64,000 bases of DNA from Candidatus Poribacteria bacterium (GTDB lineage Bacteria; Poribacteria; WGA-4E; PCPOR2b). A program made the translations under genes and the position numbers. The DNA lies in contig OZ244042.1 in assembly GCA_965215015.1 (NCBI GenBank), positions 1,856,001 through 1,920,000 on the forward strand, in the 5' to 3' direction. Of this stretch, positions 1-9,456 are shown piece after piece. The notes beneath the pieces were generated by a model that was given only the letters and a program-made list of their open reading frames with translations, was not told where the DNA came from and made no database searches. Positions within the stretch are counted from its first letter, which is position 1, and every line of letters begins with the position of its first letter.

Positions 1-714
1 CTCCAAAGCCCTGCCGAGACGGATACAGTCCTCAATTCCAATATGGCCAAAGTGGTCGGTCGCAAGCGGGATGTCGTAGCCGATAATTTCCCGCACAGTC
101 CCGACATACTCACATAAAAGCGCAATCCCTTTGTCTGTCAGACGGATGCCGGTGAAGGGATGCATCAGGTTGTTCGTATCGAGATGGCCTGACGGTGCAC
201 AGAGAGTTCCCGGAATATCTCTAATGAGTCCAATACCAACGTCCATCTTCAAGAAGGTAAACCCGTTATCCATCCGTTCTTTGAGTTTCTGCCCCATCTT
301 TTCGGGGTCTTTAAGCGACGGTGTGTCGGCGTAGCAACGGATCTTGTCGCGGAATTTACCCCCCGCGAGTTGGTAACAGGGGACACCGTAAGCTTTACCG
401 GCGAGATCCATCAATGCCATCTCAATGCCGCATACTCCGCCTCCTTGGCGGGCATGGCCCCCAAACTGCTTAATCTGGCGAAAGATTTTATCCACGTTAC
501 AAGGGTTTTCTCCCAATATCCGACTTTTGAGTAGCAGTGCGTATGTTTTGCTCGCTCCGTCGCGGACTTCGCCGAGTCCATAGAGCCCCTGATTCGTGTC
601 CAGTTTGAGGATGGGCCCCCCGGTTCTCGTACTAGCGAGGCGCATGTCGGTAATTTTCAGTTGAGATGGACGAGAATTTGTGTTCACATTTGACGAAATG
701 TCTGTAGATGCCAT
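1..714 (-). CDS. Mandelate racemase/muconate lactonizing enzyme (enolase superfamily), 3' end outside the window
   Basis: Not in the ORF track; my translation from ATG 714 gives MASTDISSNVNTNSRPSQLKITDMRL...GLYGLGEVRDG...GIEMALMDLAGKAYGVPCYQLAGGKFRDKIRCY...FLKMD; GGGAG RBS upstream; frame stays open to the window edge. Confidence 0.9.
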   Translation of the reverse strand, partial: MASTDISSNVNTNSRPSQLKITDMRLASTRTGGPILKLDTNQGLYGLGEVRDGASKTYALLLKSRILGENPCNVDKIFRQIKQFGGHARQGGGVCGIEMALMDLAGKAYGVPCYQLAGGKFRDKIRCYADTPSLKDPEKMGQKLKERMDNGFTFLKMDVGIGLIRDIPGTLCAPSGHLDTNNLMHPFTGIRLTDKGIALLCEYVGTVREIIGYDIPLATDHFGHIGIEDCIRLGRALE

Positions 715-750
715 TAAATCTCCCTAAAATAGATATGGTAAATAATAAGA

Positions 751-860
751 GGATAAGTCGTTACTAGCTTCTAATAAAACGCAAAGATGTAGGGGGACTA
801 AGCCGCAAAAAAAGAACTTATGCCTCCCCCTGCTTGCGGGGGGACTGAGGGGGTAAGGGA
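751..860 (+). repeat. Composite intergenic repeat family C (GATAAGTCGTTAC..TAATAAAACGCA end plus G/C-rich hairpin)
   Basis: Same end motif at about 28296 and 44587; CCCCCTGCTTGCGGGGGGACTGAGGGGG module at 823-853. Confidence 0.75.
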
Positions 861-864
861 GGAC

Positions 865-1000
865 AGGGTTGGGGTTCTTACTGATTCCTTTAGACCTAGA
901 ATTGCTCTATCTTGTCTGTTAGCCGCTGTTAGATTTCACCTAACAGGCAGCCTAACAATCTTGCTTATATCCCAAGTATAAATGCTTGGGCCACGGGCTA
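865..1000 (-). mobile_element. Degenerate IS200/IS605-derived non-autonomous element (PATE-like)
   Basis: Hairpin ATCCCAAGTATAAATGCTTGGG (969-990) resembles the hairpin at 26934-26955; GATTGTTAG..CTAACA segment and AAGAACCCCAACCCT resemble the 26753 and 8238 elements. Confidence 0.45.
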
Positions 1001-1238
1001 AACTCCTATCGGTAAAGAAACCCTACCTCTGCTCACTCCAAAGTATCTGAGAGGTGCTCATCATTATTGTCTGAACCAGGATTCTCAGGATTAGATGATT
1101 CATATTCACATCTAAACGCCGAGATAGGTCTGAGGAAGGGGCCTCCTTCTCACCAATTTGGCAAACTGTTACCATCGGGCAATCCGACGTCAACAGAACT
1201 CGATATTCATATCTCGACACAATACCCGGTGCGTTGTC

Positions 1239-1389
1239 CCCCCCTTAGTCCCTCCCGCAAGCAGGGAGAGACAGGTTCATTGAGCCTGTTTCCCCTCCGC
1301 TTACGGGTTGCGTCCCTACTTGCGCCCCCTTCCCTCCACTTGCAGGTTACGTCCCCCCTTCCCCCCGCTTGCGGGGGGACCGAGGGGGG
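1239..1389. repeat. Cluster of G/C-rich REP-like palindromes (CCCCCCGCTTGCGGGGGGAC.GAGGGGGG family) in both orientations
   Basis: Copies at about 1239-1268 (reverse) and 1353-1389; further copies at 823, 3428, 6540, 28645, 43121, 44627, 44832. Confidence 0.85.
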
Positions 1390-2118
1390 TCAGACTGCCA
1401 GAATATTGAGCGCAGCATCCAGTGCTGCCAAATGAGCCGCTGTCCGTTGATCCAGGGGCCAACTTGTTGGCGTCTCACAAATCATGACATGCTCTGCGTG
1501 AGAGTCGAAGAGATAAGGGGCCAACCCTGCATCCCCCCAAGCGGGATCTACCCGAAAAACACCGTCAGCGATTGGCAGGTCACTTTCCCCTACCTCTCCA
1601 TCAATCCGACCAATCTTTTCGATTTGACGAGTTATTTCGGGACCAATCCATCGCTCATTGCATTGGGCTTCGTAGAGGTATACACCCGCCGCTTCCCAAT
1701 CTTCATGGAAGTCGATGCAAAAATCAAAACGCCTTTCTTTGATCGCTTCCTTTACAATGTCTATCTCAACGATGCCGGTCTCTCCAAATAGGCGATTCAG
1801 GTCTAAGCCTTGCTTGTTGTCCCTCGTGTTGTGGACGTAACCGTAAGGATTGATACACGGTAGAATCAGGAACTTGAAACGCTGCAACAGACGGGTGTTA
1901 TCACGCTCCAAGAAACGCAACACCGACGCCGGCCCGGCAGGCTCGTCCCCGTGAATTCCTCCAGTGATCAGGATGGTTTTGTGCACACCCTGACCCGCCT
2001 CCAGTAAGACGCGATGGATGGGATAGTCGTCCGCAACGCCTACGGTTTCGATTTGCATATAGGACGAGTTTAGGGATGCCAACCGTTCGGTGAAACAGGT
2101 ATAATCTCGGCGGACCAC
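1390..2118 (-). CDS. M14 zinc carboxypeptidase / succinylglutamate desuccinylase-like protein
   Basis: GGIHGDEPAG (HxxE), PCINPYG..RDN..DLNR, DFHED motifs; likely GTG start at 2118 after GGGAGG (ORF-track extension to 2283 overlaps the upstream gene). Confidence 0.85.
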   Translation of the reverse strand: MVRRDYTCFTERLASLNSSYMQIETVGVADDYPIHRVLLEAGQGVHKTILITGGIHGDEPAGPASVLRFLERDNTRLLQRFKFLILPCINPYGYVHNTRDNKQGLDLNRLFGETGIVEIDIVKEAIKERRFDFCIDFHEDWEAAGVYLYEAQCNERWIGPEITRQIEKIGRIDGEVGESDLPIADGVFRVDPAWGDAGLAPYLFDSHAEHVMICETPTSWPLDQRTAAHLAALDAALNILAV

Positions 2119-2134
2119 CTTCTGTGTCCCTCCC

Positions 2135-2944
2135 TTAAAGCTTTTGGGTTTTAACCCATTCTGCAAAGTCCGCGTTAATCTCGTCCGACCATGCCCCATC
2201 AATTTCACCGGGGGTATACTTCCCCTCCTGCAAGCGTTGATGCCCAAAGCGGTCACGCAGGCGGATATCCTCGGAGCGTTCAACGACCTCCTGCGCTAGA
2301 TGCGGTGGAACGAAAATGACACCCTCGCGTCTCCCGAGCACAATATCCCCCGGCAGGACGGTTGTTTCACCGATGCGGACCGGAATATTGATTCCCGTCA
2401 AGGTTACATCGGCGATGGCGGTGGGGTCAACCCCGCGCACAAAGGTTGCAAAGTCCGGGAGTCTATAAATGCCGTCGAGGTCACGGATGCCTCCGTCAAT
2501 TACCATACCAGTTCTGCTGCGTGCAAAAATCGCATTGCCGAGGTTGTCGCCCGCGAAAGTGCCGTTCTTCACCTTGCCAAATAAGTCAACAACGATGGCA
2601 TCATTTTCGAGGAGCGTATCAATCACCCACGAGTTTTGCCCACCGATACGTTTATCTTTCTCTCCCTGTTCCGCGACGACGCTTTGAAAGTCTGGACGCA
2701 GCGGAACAAACATGCACGTCACCGCCCTTCCAACCAAAACGCGGTCTGGATGCAGGTTCATCCAATCCCCGTCAAACTGAAAACGGTACCCCTGTCCTTG
2801 AAGTACGCCCCACGCCTCCTCGATTGTTACCTTTTTCATCCGTTCAACGATGTCGTCCGGCACGCGAGGCCTCCCGTCAGGGAAACGCTCGCCTTCCCAT
2901 TCTCTCGTAATTTCGAGTATACTTTCTTTGTTAATAAGTTGCAC
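2135..2944 (-). CDS. RraA-like / HMG-aldolase family protein
   Basis: LVGRAVT, GDNLGNAI, GMVIDGGIRD, VLPGDIVLGRREGVIFVP motifs; GTG at 2944 with GGAAGGA RBS. Confidence 0.85.
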   Translation of the reverse strand: MQLINKESILEITREWEGERFPDGRPRVPDDIVERMKKVTIEEAWGVLQGQGYRFQFDGDWMNLHPDRVLVGRAVTCMFVPLRPDFQSVVAEQGEKDKRIGGQNSWVIDTLLENDAIVVDLFGKVKNGTFAGDNLGNAIFARSRTGMVIDGGIRDLDGIYRLPDFATFVRGVDPTAIADVTLTGINIPVRIGETTVLPGDIVLGRREGVIFVPPHLAQEVVERSEDIRLRDRFGHQRLQEGKYTPGEIDGAWSDEINADFAEWVKTQKL

Positions 2945-2974
2945 AGTTATTAATTCCTTCCATGTTGAATGAAT

Positions 2975-3075
2975 CCATCTACCTACCCCTTGGGCTTGTG
3001 GGTTAGACTTTCCAACCCGACTTACACGGATTGACAACGACGGACTAGGAAGCCCACCCTACTAGAATTAGGTAG
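2975..3075 (+). mobile_element. Possible IS605/TnpB 3' end (omega-RNA) remnant
   Basis: CTACCTAC..GGCTTGTG...GGACTAGGAAGCCCAC pattern resembles the ends of some IS605 tnpB loci as I recall them; no tnpB ORF is left. Confidence 0.3.
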
Positions 3076-3092
3076 CAACTTGTGTTATTTTA

Positions 3093-3165
3093 TAGGAGTT
3101 ACGCCCTTGAGTTTGTCGTAACGCCATTCAACCCGCGTCACAACGGGTAATTAATCACCCTACTA
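3093..3165 (+). mobile_element. MITE family B left end (TAGGAGTTACGC...)
   Basis: Matches the starts at 12613, 43027, 49808 and the reverse copy at 59520-59556; interrupted by a family A element. Confidence 0.7.
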
Positions 3166-3171
3166 CGTACC

Positions 3172-3355
3172 TGAGGGGTGTTCATAATAATTATCTGAAT
3201 CGCAGATGCAGCAGATTGCACGGATACAGATAGGGTTCTCAGGCGAGAGATGAGGTGAGATGTCTCGCCGCCGGTGTTTGGAATTTAATGGCAGTTGGGT
3301 GTTAGCCCAGCGATATGTGATAACGTTGTGTGGTTTACGGCACGCGAATCGTGCT
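3172..3355 (+). mobile_element. MITE family A copy (TGAGGGGTGYTCAT terminal repeat), right end degenerate
   Basis: Colinear with 51653-51891 and reverse 59659-59873 (GCAGATTGCACGGATACAGATAGGG..., GTGGTTTACGGCAC..ATCGTGC). Confidence 0.8.
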
Positions 3356-3525
3356 GACTCCTTTTTTCAGTTTGTAGTAGCGCAATTCATTGCGCGTCTT
3401 TTAAGGGAGTAGGCATACACCGTATACCCTCCTTCCCTCCGCTTGCGGGGGGCTAGGGGGGTCTTAAGTACCTCACTTTTTGTACAGCACCGATGTACGA
3501 CGGATCTGATGAACCTGTTTCCTGC

Positions 3526-4383
3526 CTACGCCAGACCCGCTTGTGCCCATACCTTATCCAGCGATTCAGCAGCAGCTTTTGCGGCATCTTGCGGCCCCAT
3601 TGCGTTGATCCGCGCGCTGAACGGTTCAACCGTTACGGGCCCATCGTAGCCAATATCGTTAAGAATTTGCATCAATTCGGCGAGTGGGATTACCCCCGTC
3701 TCCGCGGGGAGGCAGCGCACATTGTCAATCTGGTCGTCCGGATCGATTCCCGCAGGGGCATCGTTGATGTGGACGTACACCACGTCTGCTTTGGCAAGTT
3801 TTCTGACATCGTCGAGTGTGGAACGGCAAGTATACCAATGCCACATATCGAACAGTAGTCCGACGTTGCCCGTGCCGATTGCAGCGGCAAGTCCGAGCAC
3901 GGCATCCATCGTATAGGTGAACAGATGTTGGGCTGGTTTACGGCTCGTTGCCGGGCCGATAAACTCAAAACCGAGCGAGTGCCCATAATCCTTCAAGATC
4001 TCTGCAACGGGACGCAGCCGTTTAATGTGAAAATCCCAGTTTTCTTGGAATGAACGGTCATTTGAACTCGGTGATACAACGGTTGTCGTGCGATGGCAGC
4101 CGAGATCTGCAGCAAGTTTTGCTAGGTCGGGCAGCCGCGATAGGCTTTCGTCGTATTCTGCGTCGCTCCCACGATAGTTGACCGGCATCCCCCAACCGCC
4201 CATCTTCAAGCTTGCCTCCGCCCAGAGGTTCTTGACATAATCAACGGAGTGTTCATTTGCCAGCGTATTTGCTTCGCTGATGTTAAGGTCAAGCCCTTCA
4301 AAACCCGATGATTTTGCCAATGCTAACCCTTCTTCAATATTCGCCTGAATGCCAATAGCACCCGGGCTCAGATTTTTGAACAT
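3526..4383 (-). CDS. Sugar phosphate isomerase/epimerase (xylose isomerase-like TIM barrel)
   Basis: GFEFIG, LLFDMWHW, VHIND, RCLP..G.IP, GYDGPVTVE motifs; ATG 4383 with GGAGG. Confidence 0.88.
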   Translation of the reverse strand: MFKNLSPGAIGIQANIEEGLALAKSSGFEGLDLNISEANTLANEHSVDYVKNLWAEASLKMGGWGMPVNYRGSDAEYDESLSRLPDLAKLAADLGCHRTTTVVSPSSNDRSFQENWDFHIKRLRPVAEILKDYGHSLGFEFIGPATSRKPAQHLFTYTMDAVLGLAAAIGTGNVGLLFDMWHWYTCRSTLDDVRKLAKADVVYVHINDAPAGIDPDDQIDNVRCLPAETGVIPLAELMQILNDIGYDGPVTVEPFSARINAMGPQDAAKAAAESLDKVWAQAGLA

Positions 4384-4423
4384 ATTATGCCTCCGTATAC
4401 AGTTTGGTGTACCACCCACTTCT

Positions 4424-4753
4424 CTAAAAAACAGTCATTTCGACATCTGTAATCAAAATCTCTTTTTGGCGGGACAATCCTTTTAACTCCTCCTTCAATT
4501 CCCTGAAGAATTGTGAGTTGCGTGCAGCTACATCAAAGTCAATAACCGTATAAATAATCACATGGTCGTGATAAATTTCACCATGCTCTCGTCAAGAACC
4601 CCGCAACGGGAAGCCGCGCAGGGTGTGCGTTACGCCGCCAAATCTATCAAACAGCCGCTGATGAACATGGTCGTATTTTTCTTTTTCAATCCACGCTCCA
4701 TCGTTATATTGTAGAGGCTAGTAAATCTCGTACTAAATTGCGGCCTGACTCAT
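4424..4753 (-). pseudogene. Small conserved hypothetical protein gene with three in-frame stops
   Basis: MSQAAI*YEIY*PLQYNDGAWIEKEKYDHVHQRLFDRFGGVT...LRGS*REHGEIYHD...LKEELK...QKEILIT; 110 codons, no frameshift; start overlaps the upstream 74-aa ORF. Confidence 0.7.
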
Positions 4754-4928
4754 CAAGCACCTCAAAAGGTAGCTGTTTGTCCTGCAATAATTCGATTTGA
4801 TGCCTCGAAACGATATAAACGTGAGCTTTAGAAATCCGCGTTGTTCCGCCTTCCTGAATCAATAATCGCCACGCTCTTCCCCAATCTGATTCGGGAAGTT
4901 TTATCACTGCCATTTTGTTGATCTCCAT
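4704..4928 (-). CDS. Small hypothetical protein (74 aa), partner of the downstream pseudogene
   Basis: ORF with RBS-like AGGACGG; overlapping two-gene cassette. Confidence 0.55.
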   Translation of the reverse strand: MEINKMAVIKLPESDWGRAWRLLIQEGGTTRISKAHVYIVSRHQIELLQDKQLPFEVLDESGRNLVRDLLASTI

Positions 4929-5019
4929 TCCGTCCTAGCTAAACGAGTCCAAGTTTCGTTGCCCCAATGCCTGGATCGAGATTTACACACTTTCCCCAAG
5001 GAGCGCATATTTACCGTTC

Positions 5020-6153
5020 CTATTTATCCACGCGATACTTCTCCAACGCATCTAGATCCAATTCACAACCTAAGCCGGGCGATTGTGGCACAGGTGTGTA
5101 ACCCTTCTCGAAAGTGAACCCTTCCGTAATCAGATCATCAACACGGGTCCAACTACCAACGAAATCGCTGGCGAGAACGCAATTTGGCGCGATGGCGGCA
5201 GCGTGAAGATAAGACCGCTCCATAATCCCGAGATCGTTCCCAGATCCGTGCCAGACGGGGATGCCCGCTGCCTGTGCAATCGCAGCAGCCTTGGCAAAGT
5301 TGACCATCGAACCGCCGAGGTTGAGATAATCTACCGCGTCAGCGCGAATCGCTTTAATCACATCCGATGCGCCGCCCAAGTGAAGTGCCAACGGAAATGG
5401 CAACTCTCCACGCATGTATCGATATTGGGCTAGCACATCGTCCCGTAAGCCCTTCTTCGGGATGGGGTCTTCAAACACTTCAACGTTCTCAAGTTCCTTT
5501 ATCTGATCGGCAAGCTCAAGGGTTTGTTCAACCGTATAAAAACGCTCATTCGGATCAACCGTCATTTTGAAGTCCGACCCGCCAACTTCCCAGACCGCTC
5601 GTATCCGTTCCGCCATTGGCTCTTGAATCCGGCATTTCGTTTTCAGTCCAGTAAATCCTCTCTCAATGGCTATCTTTGTACTGCGCCCCGTATGCTCCGG
5701 TGTCTGATGCCCAATCCAAAAATCCGCACGCACTTTGTCCCGACAGGCACCGCCCAACAATGTATGAGCAGGTACATCTAACCGTTTGCCGACGAGGTCG
5801 AATACCGCCATTTCAAACGCCTCGTATCCGGTGGGATAGGGCCCCACGTCAATTTCCCAATCTTCTGGTGATTCGGGATTCGGCTTGAGCGGCTCCGTAC
5901 GAAAAACGTTCTGCAAACACATCTTCATCACGTCCCTGCCCTTCAACTGTTCCGCCGCTTGAGCCACCGCTTGTGTGGATTGGCCCCTCCCTGTTTCACC
6001 AATTCCGGTGATACCTTCATCGGTATGCATCCGAATAATCTGCTTAGGCACTCTTGCCCAATCGGGATAACCACCGTATTCCTCGCTATGTACTGCTTCG
6101 GGGAATACCGGAACGACAACCGTCCAAACATCGATCTGTGTGATTTTCATCAT
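5020..6153 (-). CDS. Mandelate racemase/muconate cycloisomerase family enzyme
   Basis: TDEGITGIGE, FEMAVFDLVGKRLDVP, KTK (KxK), VDPNE, FEDP, PGLGCELD. Confidence 0.92.
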   Translation of the reverse strand: MMKITQIDVWTVVVPVFPEAVHSEEYGGYPDWARVPKQIIRMHTDEGITGIGETGRGQSTQAVAQAAEQLKGRDVMKMCLQNVFRTEPLKPNPESPEDWEIDVGPYPTGYEAFEMAVFDLVGKRLDVPAHTLLGGACRDKVRADFWIGHQTPEHTGRSTKIAIERGFTGLKTKCRIQEPMAERIRAVWEVGGSDFKMTVDPNERFYTVEQTLELADQIKELENVEVFEDPIPKKGLRDDVLAQYRYMRGELPFPLALHLGGASDVIKAIRADAVDYLNLGGSMVNFAKAAAIAQAAGIPVWHGSGNDLGIMERSYLHAAAIAPNCVLASDFVGSWTRVDDLITEGFTFEKGYTPVPQSPGLGCELDLDALEKYRVDK

Positions 6154-6407
6154 AGTTCCCTTTCTATTGTGCTATCACTGAGTCCAAAGAATATCCCCAA
6201 CTTCTCTCTTCCTTGTACTGCTGAAGAGCTGAGTGACCAGCGATGGTGCGTTACTCTCTGGTTCATGTTAAGAAACCGTGCAGCAGAAACCGTAGGGATA
6301 CCCCTTGTGGTTACCCTGACAAAAACTCGGTTTCTCTTAGCATTTTGCACATGCTTTGTGTATGAGTCCCGGAGTCGGACTTCTTATTCCAGCTGCACCA
6401 ATGAACT

Positions 6408-6600
6408 AAAACGAGAGAACCGTCTTCCCGTTTTCCCCTTCTTCAGAGAAGGGGGCGTTTCTGCGTCTCTCTCGATAAAACCGTGAATCTACGATACGGT
6501 AAGCATTCCCTTAGGAGGGCAACCGAAACGGAACTTGCGCCCCCCTCCCCCTGCTTGCGGGGGGACCGAGGGGGGTGGAAAAATCCTTATCTACTCATTG
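6408..6600 (+). repeat. Composite repeat family C, internal and right modules
   Basis: CGTGAATCTACGATACGGTAAGCATTCCCT..GAGGGCAAC is shared with 28588 and 44773, followed by the G/C palindrome. Confidence 0.8.
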
Positions 6601-6667
6601 CGAAAAATAATTGTTTTCACGCCTCACGCTCTTTACGTTATTTTCTCCTCACGTGAGTTTCCCATGT

Positions 6668-7723
6668 CTACCAATTCTGCCGCCCGACATAAAGGCCCCG
6701 ATCCTCCAACGGCAGCGAGACCTTCGCGCCGCCATGGCGTTGTGATTCGATAAAGCCGAGAATCATCTCCTGACTGCGGCAGGCGATTTGAATATTGCCT
6801 GCCGTTTCGCGGCCTTCCTCAATCGCGGCAACAATGTCGTTGATCGCTCCGACAGTTCCACTTGTGCGCGGGGGCTCAGGAAAGGGCACCTCTTCGAGGA
6901 TGTTCCACTGATCCTGTATTTTGCGCCATTGACACGCCACACTGTCATTGAAGGTGCGGAGCTTGCCCTTTGAACCGCTGACCTCAAACTCAAAGCCGCT
7001 ACTCGCCAGCAGATAACCGCGGACATCGTTCTTAAAGGTCACATATCCCATGGGAATCCCCGGATCGGCGTCCACACGATTCCCGACAAAGGCCGCTAAA
7101 TCAAGGTTCACGTCGCCCTGCACATACTCGATTTCAGAGTCGCTTGCCAAGTAGAGCAGCATGTCAGAGGTATGGGTGTGTCCCCACTGCGCTGCGCCGA
7201 CGCCGACATGCCCAATCACAGCTTGAATCTCACCTAACTCCCCCTGATCTATCAGTTCCCGCATTTTCTGAAAGAGCGGCATATAGCGACGTTGCGTACC
7301 GTAATTGAATTTGACACCGTGCTTTTCACACGCTGCCAGCATTGCGTCTGCCTCTTCCATTGAGCAGCAGAGCGGCTTCTCGCAGTAGATGCCCTTGACC
7401 CCATTTTCCGCCGCAAAAATCGTGATTTCAGCGTGCGTCGCCGGACGGGTGGCGATACTCACAATATCCGGATTTTCGTTCCGAATCATCTCGCGATAGT
7501 CGGTGTAGCCTTCAGGGACATTGTACCGCTCTTGAATTGCTTTCACCTTTTCCGGGAGGACATCCGAGACAGCAATCAAATCTGTGTGTTCTGAAGCTGT
7601 ATGCCCAGCGGCGTGCGAGTAGGGAATCCATCGAAAACTTTGGGGATGATCTCGCACTTCGTCATCGATCGTCGCCCCCATCCGACCGCAGCCGATGAGG
7701 CAGGCACTGTATCGTTTCGCCAT
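6668..7723 (-). CDS. Gfo/Idh/MocA family oxidoreductase
   Basis: LIGCGRMG Rossmann motif, DIVSIAT...H, CEKP. Confidence 0.92.
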   Translation of the reverse strand: MAKRYSACLIGCGRMGATIDDEVRDHPQSFRWIPYSHAAGHTASEHTDLIAVSDVLPEKVKAIQERYNVPEGYTDYREMIRNENPDIVSIATRPATHAEITIFAAENGVKGIYCEKPLCCSMEEADAMLAACEKHGVKFNYGTQRRYMPLFQKMRELIDQGELGEIQAVIGHVGVGAAQWGHTHTSDMLLYLASDSEIEYVQGDVNLDLAAFVGNRVDADPGIPMGYVTFKNDVRGYLLASSGFEFEVSGSKGKLRTFNDSVACQWRKIQDQWNILEEVPFPEPPRTSGTVGAINDIVAAIEEGRETAGNIQIACRSQEMILGFIESQRHGGAKVSLPLEDRGLYVGRQNW

Positions 7724-8010
7724 GTTTGGGCTCCTTGATCAATCCTAAATATTTCTATGGAACAGTCGAGCGCATTTCCATTTGATTAGCACCCTATTCT
7801 ATTACGCACATAGTATTGATGTCAAGTAGAAATCTGCAAATGCACTTGATGTTTTGGCGCGTTCTGATATAATGTATATCAAGTTGGCTCATGTTAAGAA
7901 ATGGTGAAACAGCAATCGATTGAGTATATTGGTACATTAGTTTTCATGTTTTTATCGTTTTATCAGAATCTTCCGATCTAATCCCCCATCTTTTCAGGTG
8001 GGCATACAGA

Positions 8011-8273
8011 TTCGCAACGAGTAAGACCTGTTCGGCTTGTGGTTTTGTGAATGAAGCGTTGAATCTACGTGACAGGACATGGCAGTGTCCAATTTGCCAT
8101 ACATAGTTAGATAGAGACCGCAACGCCACGGTTAATATCTATCGGGTGGGGCGTCAACCCTTGCCGGAGAAGGGGTAAGCCCATCTGCCGATGGCTCCCC
8201 TCGTTGATTGCACAATTCCACTCCTAAAGGGACAGTGAAGAATCCAAACCCTTTAGGGTTGGGAGTACGTCAA
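8011..8273 (+). mobile_element. tnpB: Truncated tnpB (zinc ribbon and RuvC-III) pseudogene with omega-RNA and IS605 right end
   Basis: Frame from 8011: FATSKTCSACGFVNEALNLRDRTWQCPICHT*LDRDRNATVNI (CxxC..CxxC, DRDxNAxxNI); then hairpin AATCCAAACCCTTTAGGGTTGGGAGT ending in TCAA at 8270-8273. Confidence 0.85.
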
Positions 8274-8300
8274 ATCTACGCTCAGAAGGCGGACCTTTCA

Positions 8301-9419
8301 ATGCAAACATCTATTAAACCGAATCGGCCACGCGCCCGTGAAATTGGCATCCAAATTGGCAATCTACCGCCCGGTGAACTCAACGGAATGACCGATGTTC
8401 CCGGCGTCAAAGTGGGGCATGTTACACGCATAGCAGGAGAAGGCCCCCTTTCCCCCGGCAACGGTCCAATCCGCACAGGCGTGACAGCCATCTTGCCACA
8501 CGATGGCAATATTTTTCGTGAAAAAGTGACAGCAACGGCGCATATCATCAACGCCTTCGGCAAATCAATCGGCTTGCCGCAACTGCTTGAACTGGGAAAT
8601 ATCGAGACCCCAATCCTCCTAACGGGTACACTCAACGTCTGGACTGCTGCCGACGCACTTGTCGATTATGTCTCAGCGCAAAACCCGGGCGTCTATTCAT
8701 TTAATCCAATCGTCGGCGAATGCAACGACAGTTTTCTCAACGATATCCTAGGGCGCCATGTCCAACGGGAGCATGTCTTTGAAGCGTTGGAAACTGCCTC
8801 TCACACGAATATCGAGGAAGGTGTTATTGGTGCCGGCGTAGGTATGAGCGGTTTTGGTTGGAAGGCTGGAATCGGAACCGCTTCACGTGTAGTTCAAATG
8901 GAAGGGACCGCATATACGGTCGGCGTTTTGGTCCTGACCAATACCGGAGGTGCCTCCGATTTGAGGATAGATGGCTTTCCGATTGGACAGTACCTAACGC
9001 CGGAGGAAATCTCGGAAGAGCGACCTGGGTCAATTATGATCATCGTTGCGACGGATGCACCGCTTTCTCATCGACAACTCACTCGCGTTGCCAGACGGGC
9101 GACGTTTGGGCTCGCACGAACCGGGGCGATCGCATCGCACGGCAGCGGTGATTTCGTCCTCGCCTTTTCGACAGCCAAACGCATCGGGACATCCCCGCTT
9201 GAAGGTGGGGGTTCGCCTTCAACCTTTCATGACGAGAGCGCATTAACCGTTCTCTTTCGCGCCGCCATTGAAGCGACCGAAGAATCAATCATTAACTCGC
9301 TGCTCAAAGCGCACACGGTTGTCGGCCGGGACGATAACGTTAGACATGGCATCCCGATCCATCGCATCATCGAAATCTTAGGGATCCATCCACCCGAAAC
9401 ACCGCCTTGGCACGAATAA
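8301..9419 (+). CDS. dmpA: DmpA-like P1 family L-aminopeptidase/D-amidase
   Basis: RPRAREIGI, TDVPGVKVGH, RTGVTAILP, VGECND, GS autocleavage site GSIMIIVATDAP, HGSGDF; start 8301 (upstream ORF-track extension is IS end). Confidence 0.9.
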   Translation: MQTSIKPNRPRAREIGIQIGNLPPGELNGMTDVPGVKVGHVTRIAGEGPLSPGNGPIRTGVTAILPHDGNIFREKVTATAHIINAFGKSIGLPQLLELGNIETPILLTGTLNVWTAADALVDYVSAQNPGVYSFNPIVGECNDSFLNDILGRHVQREHVFEALETASHTNIEEGVIGAGVGMSGFGWKAGIGTASRVVQMEGTAYTVGVLVLTNTGGASDLRIDGFPIGQYLTPEEISEERPGSIMIIVATDAPLSHRQLTRVARRATFGLARTGAIASHGSGDFVLAFSTAKRIGTSPLEGGGSPSTFHDESALTVLFRAAIEATEESIINSLLKAHTVVGRDDNVRHGIPIHRIIEILGIHPPETPPWHE

Positions 9420-9456
9420 TACTATGGACATGCTTTGAGATTGGTGTAAACTTGAG

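Noticed and set aside
1023-1435. ORFs containing PPACGGTEGG-like peptides (also 6535, 28530, 43106, 44686)
   Set aside because: Translations of the G/C-rich palindromic repeat, not genes
8208-8300. N-terminal extension of DmpA
   Set aside because: Overlaps the IS605 right end; homology begins after ATG 8301
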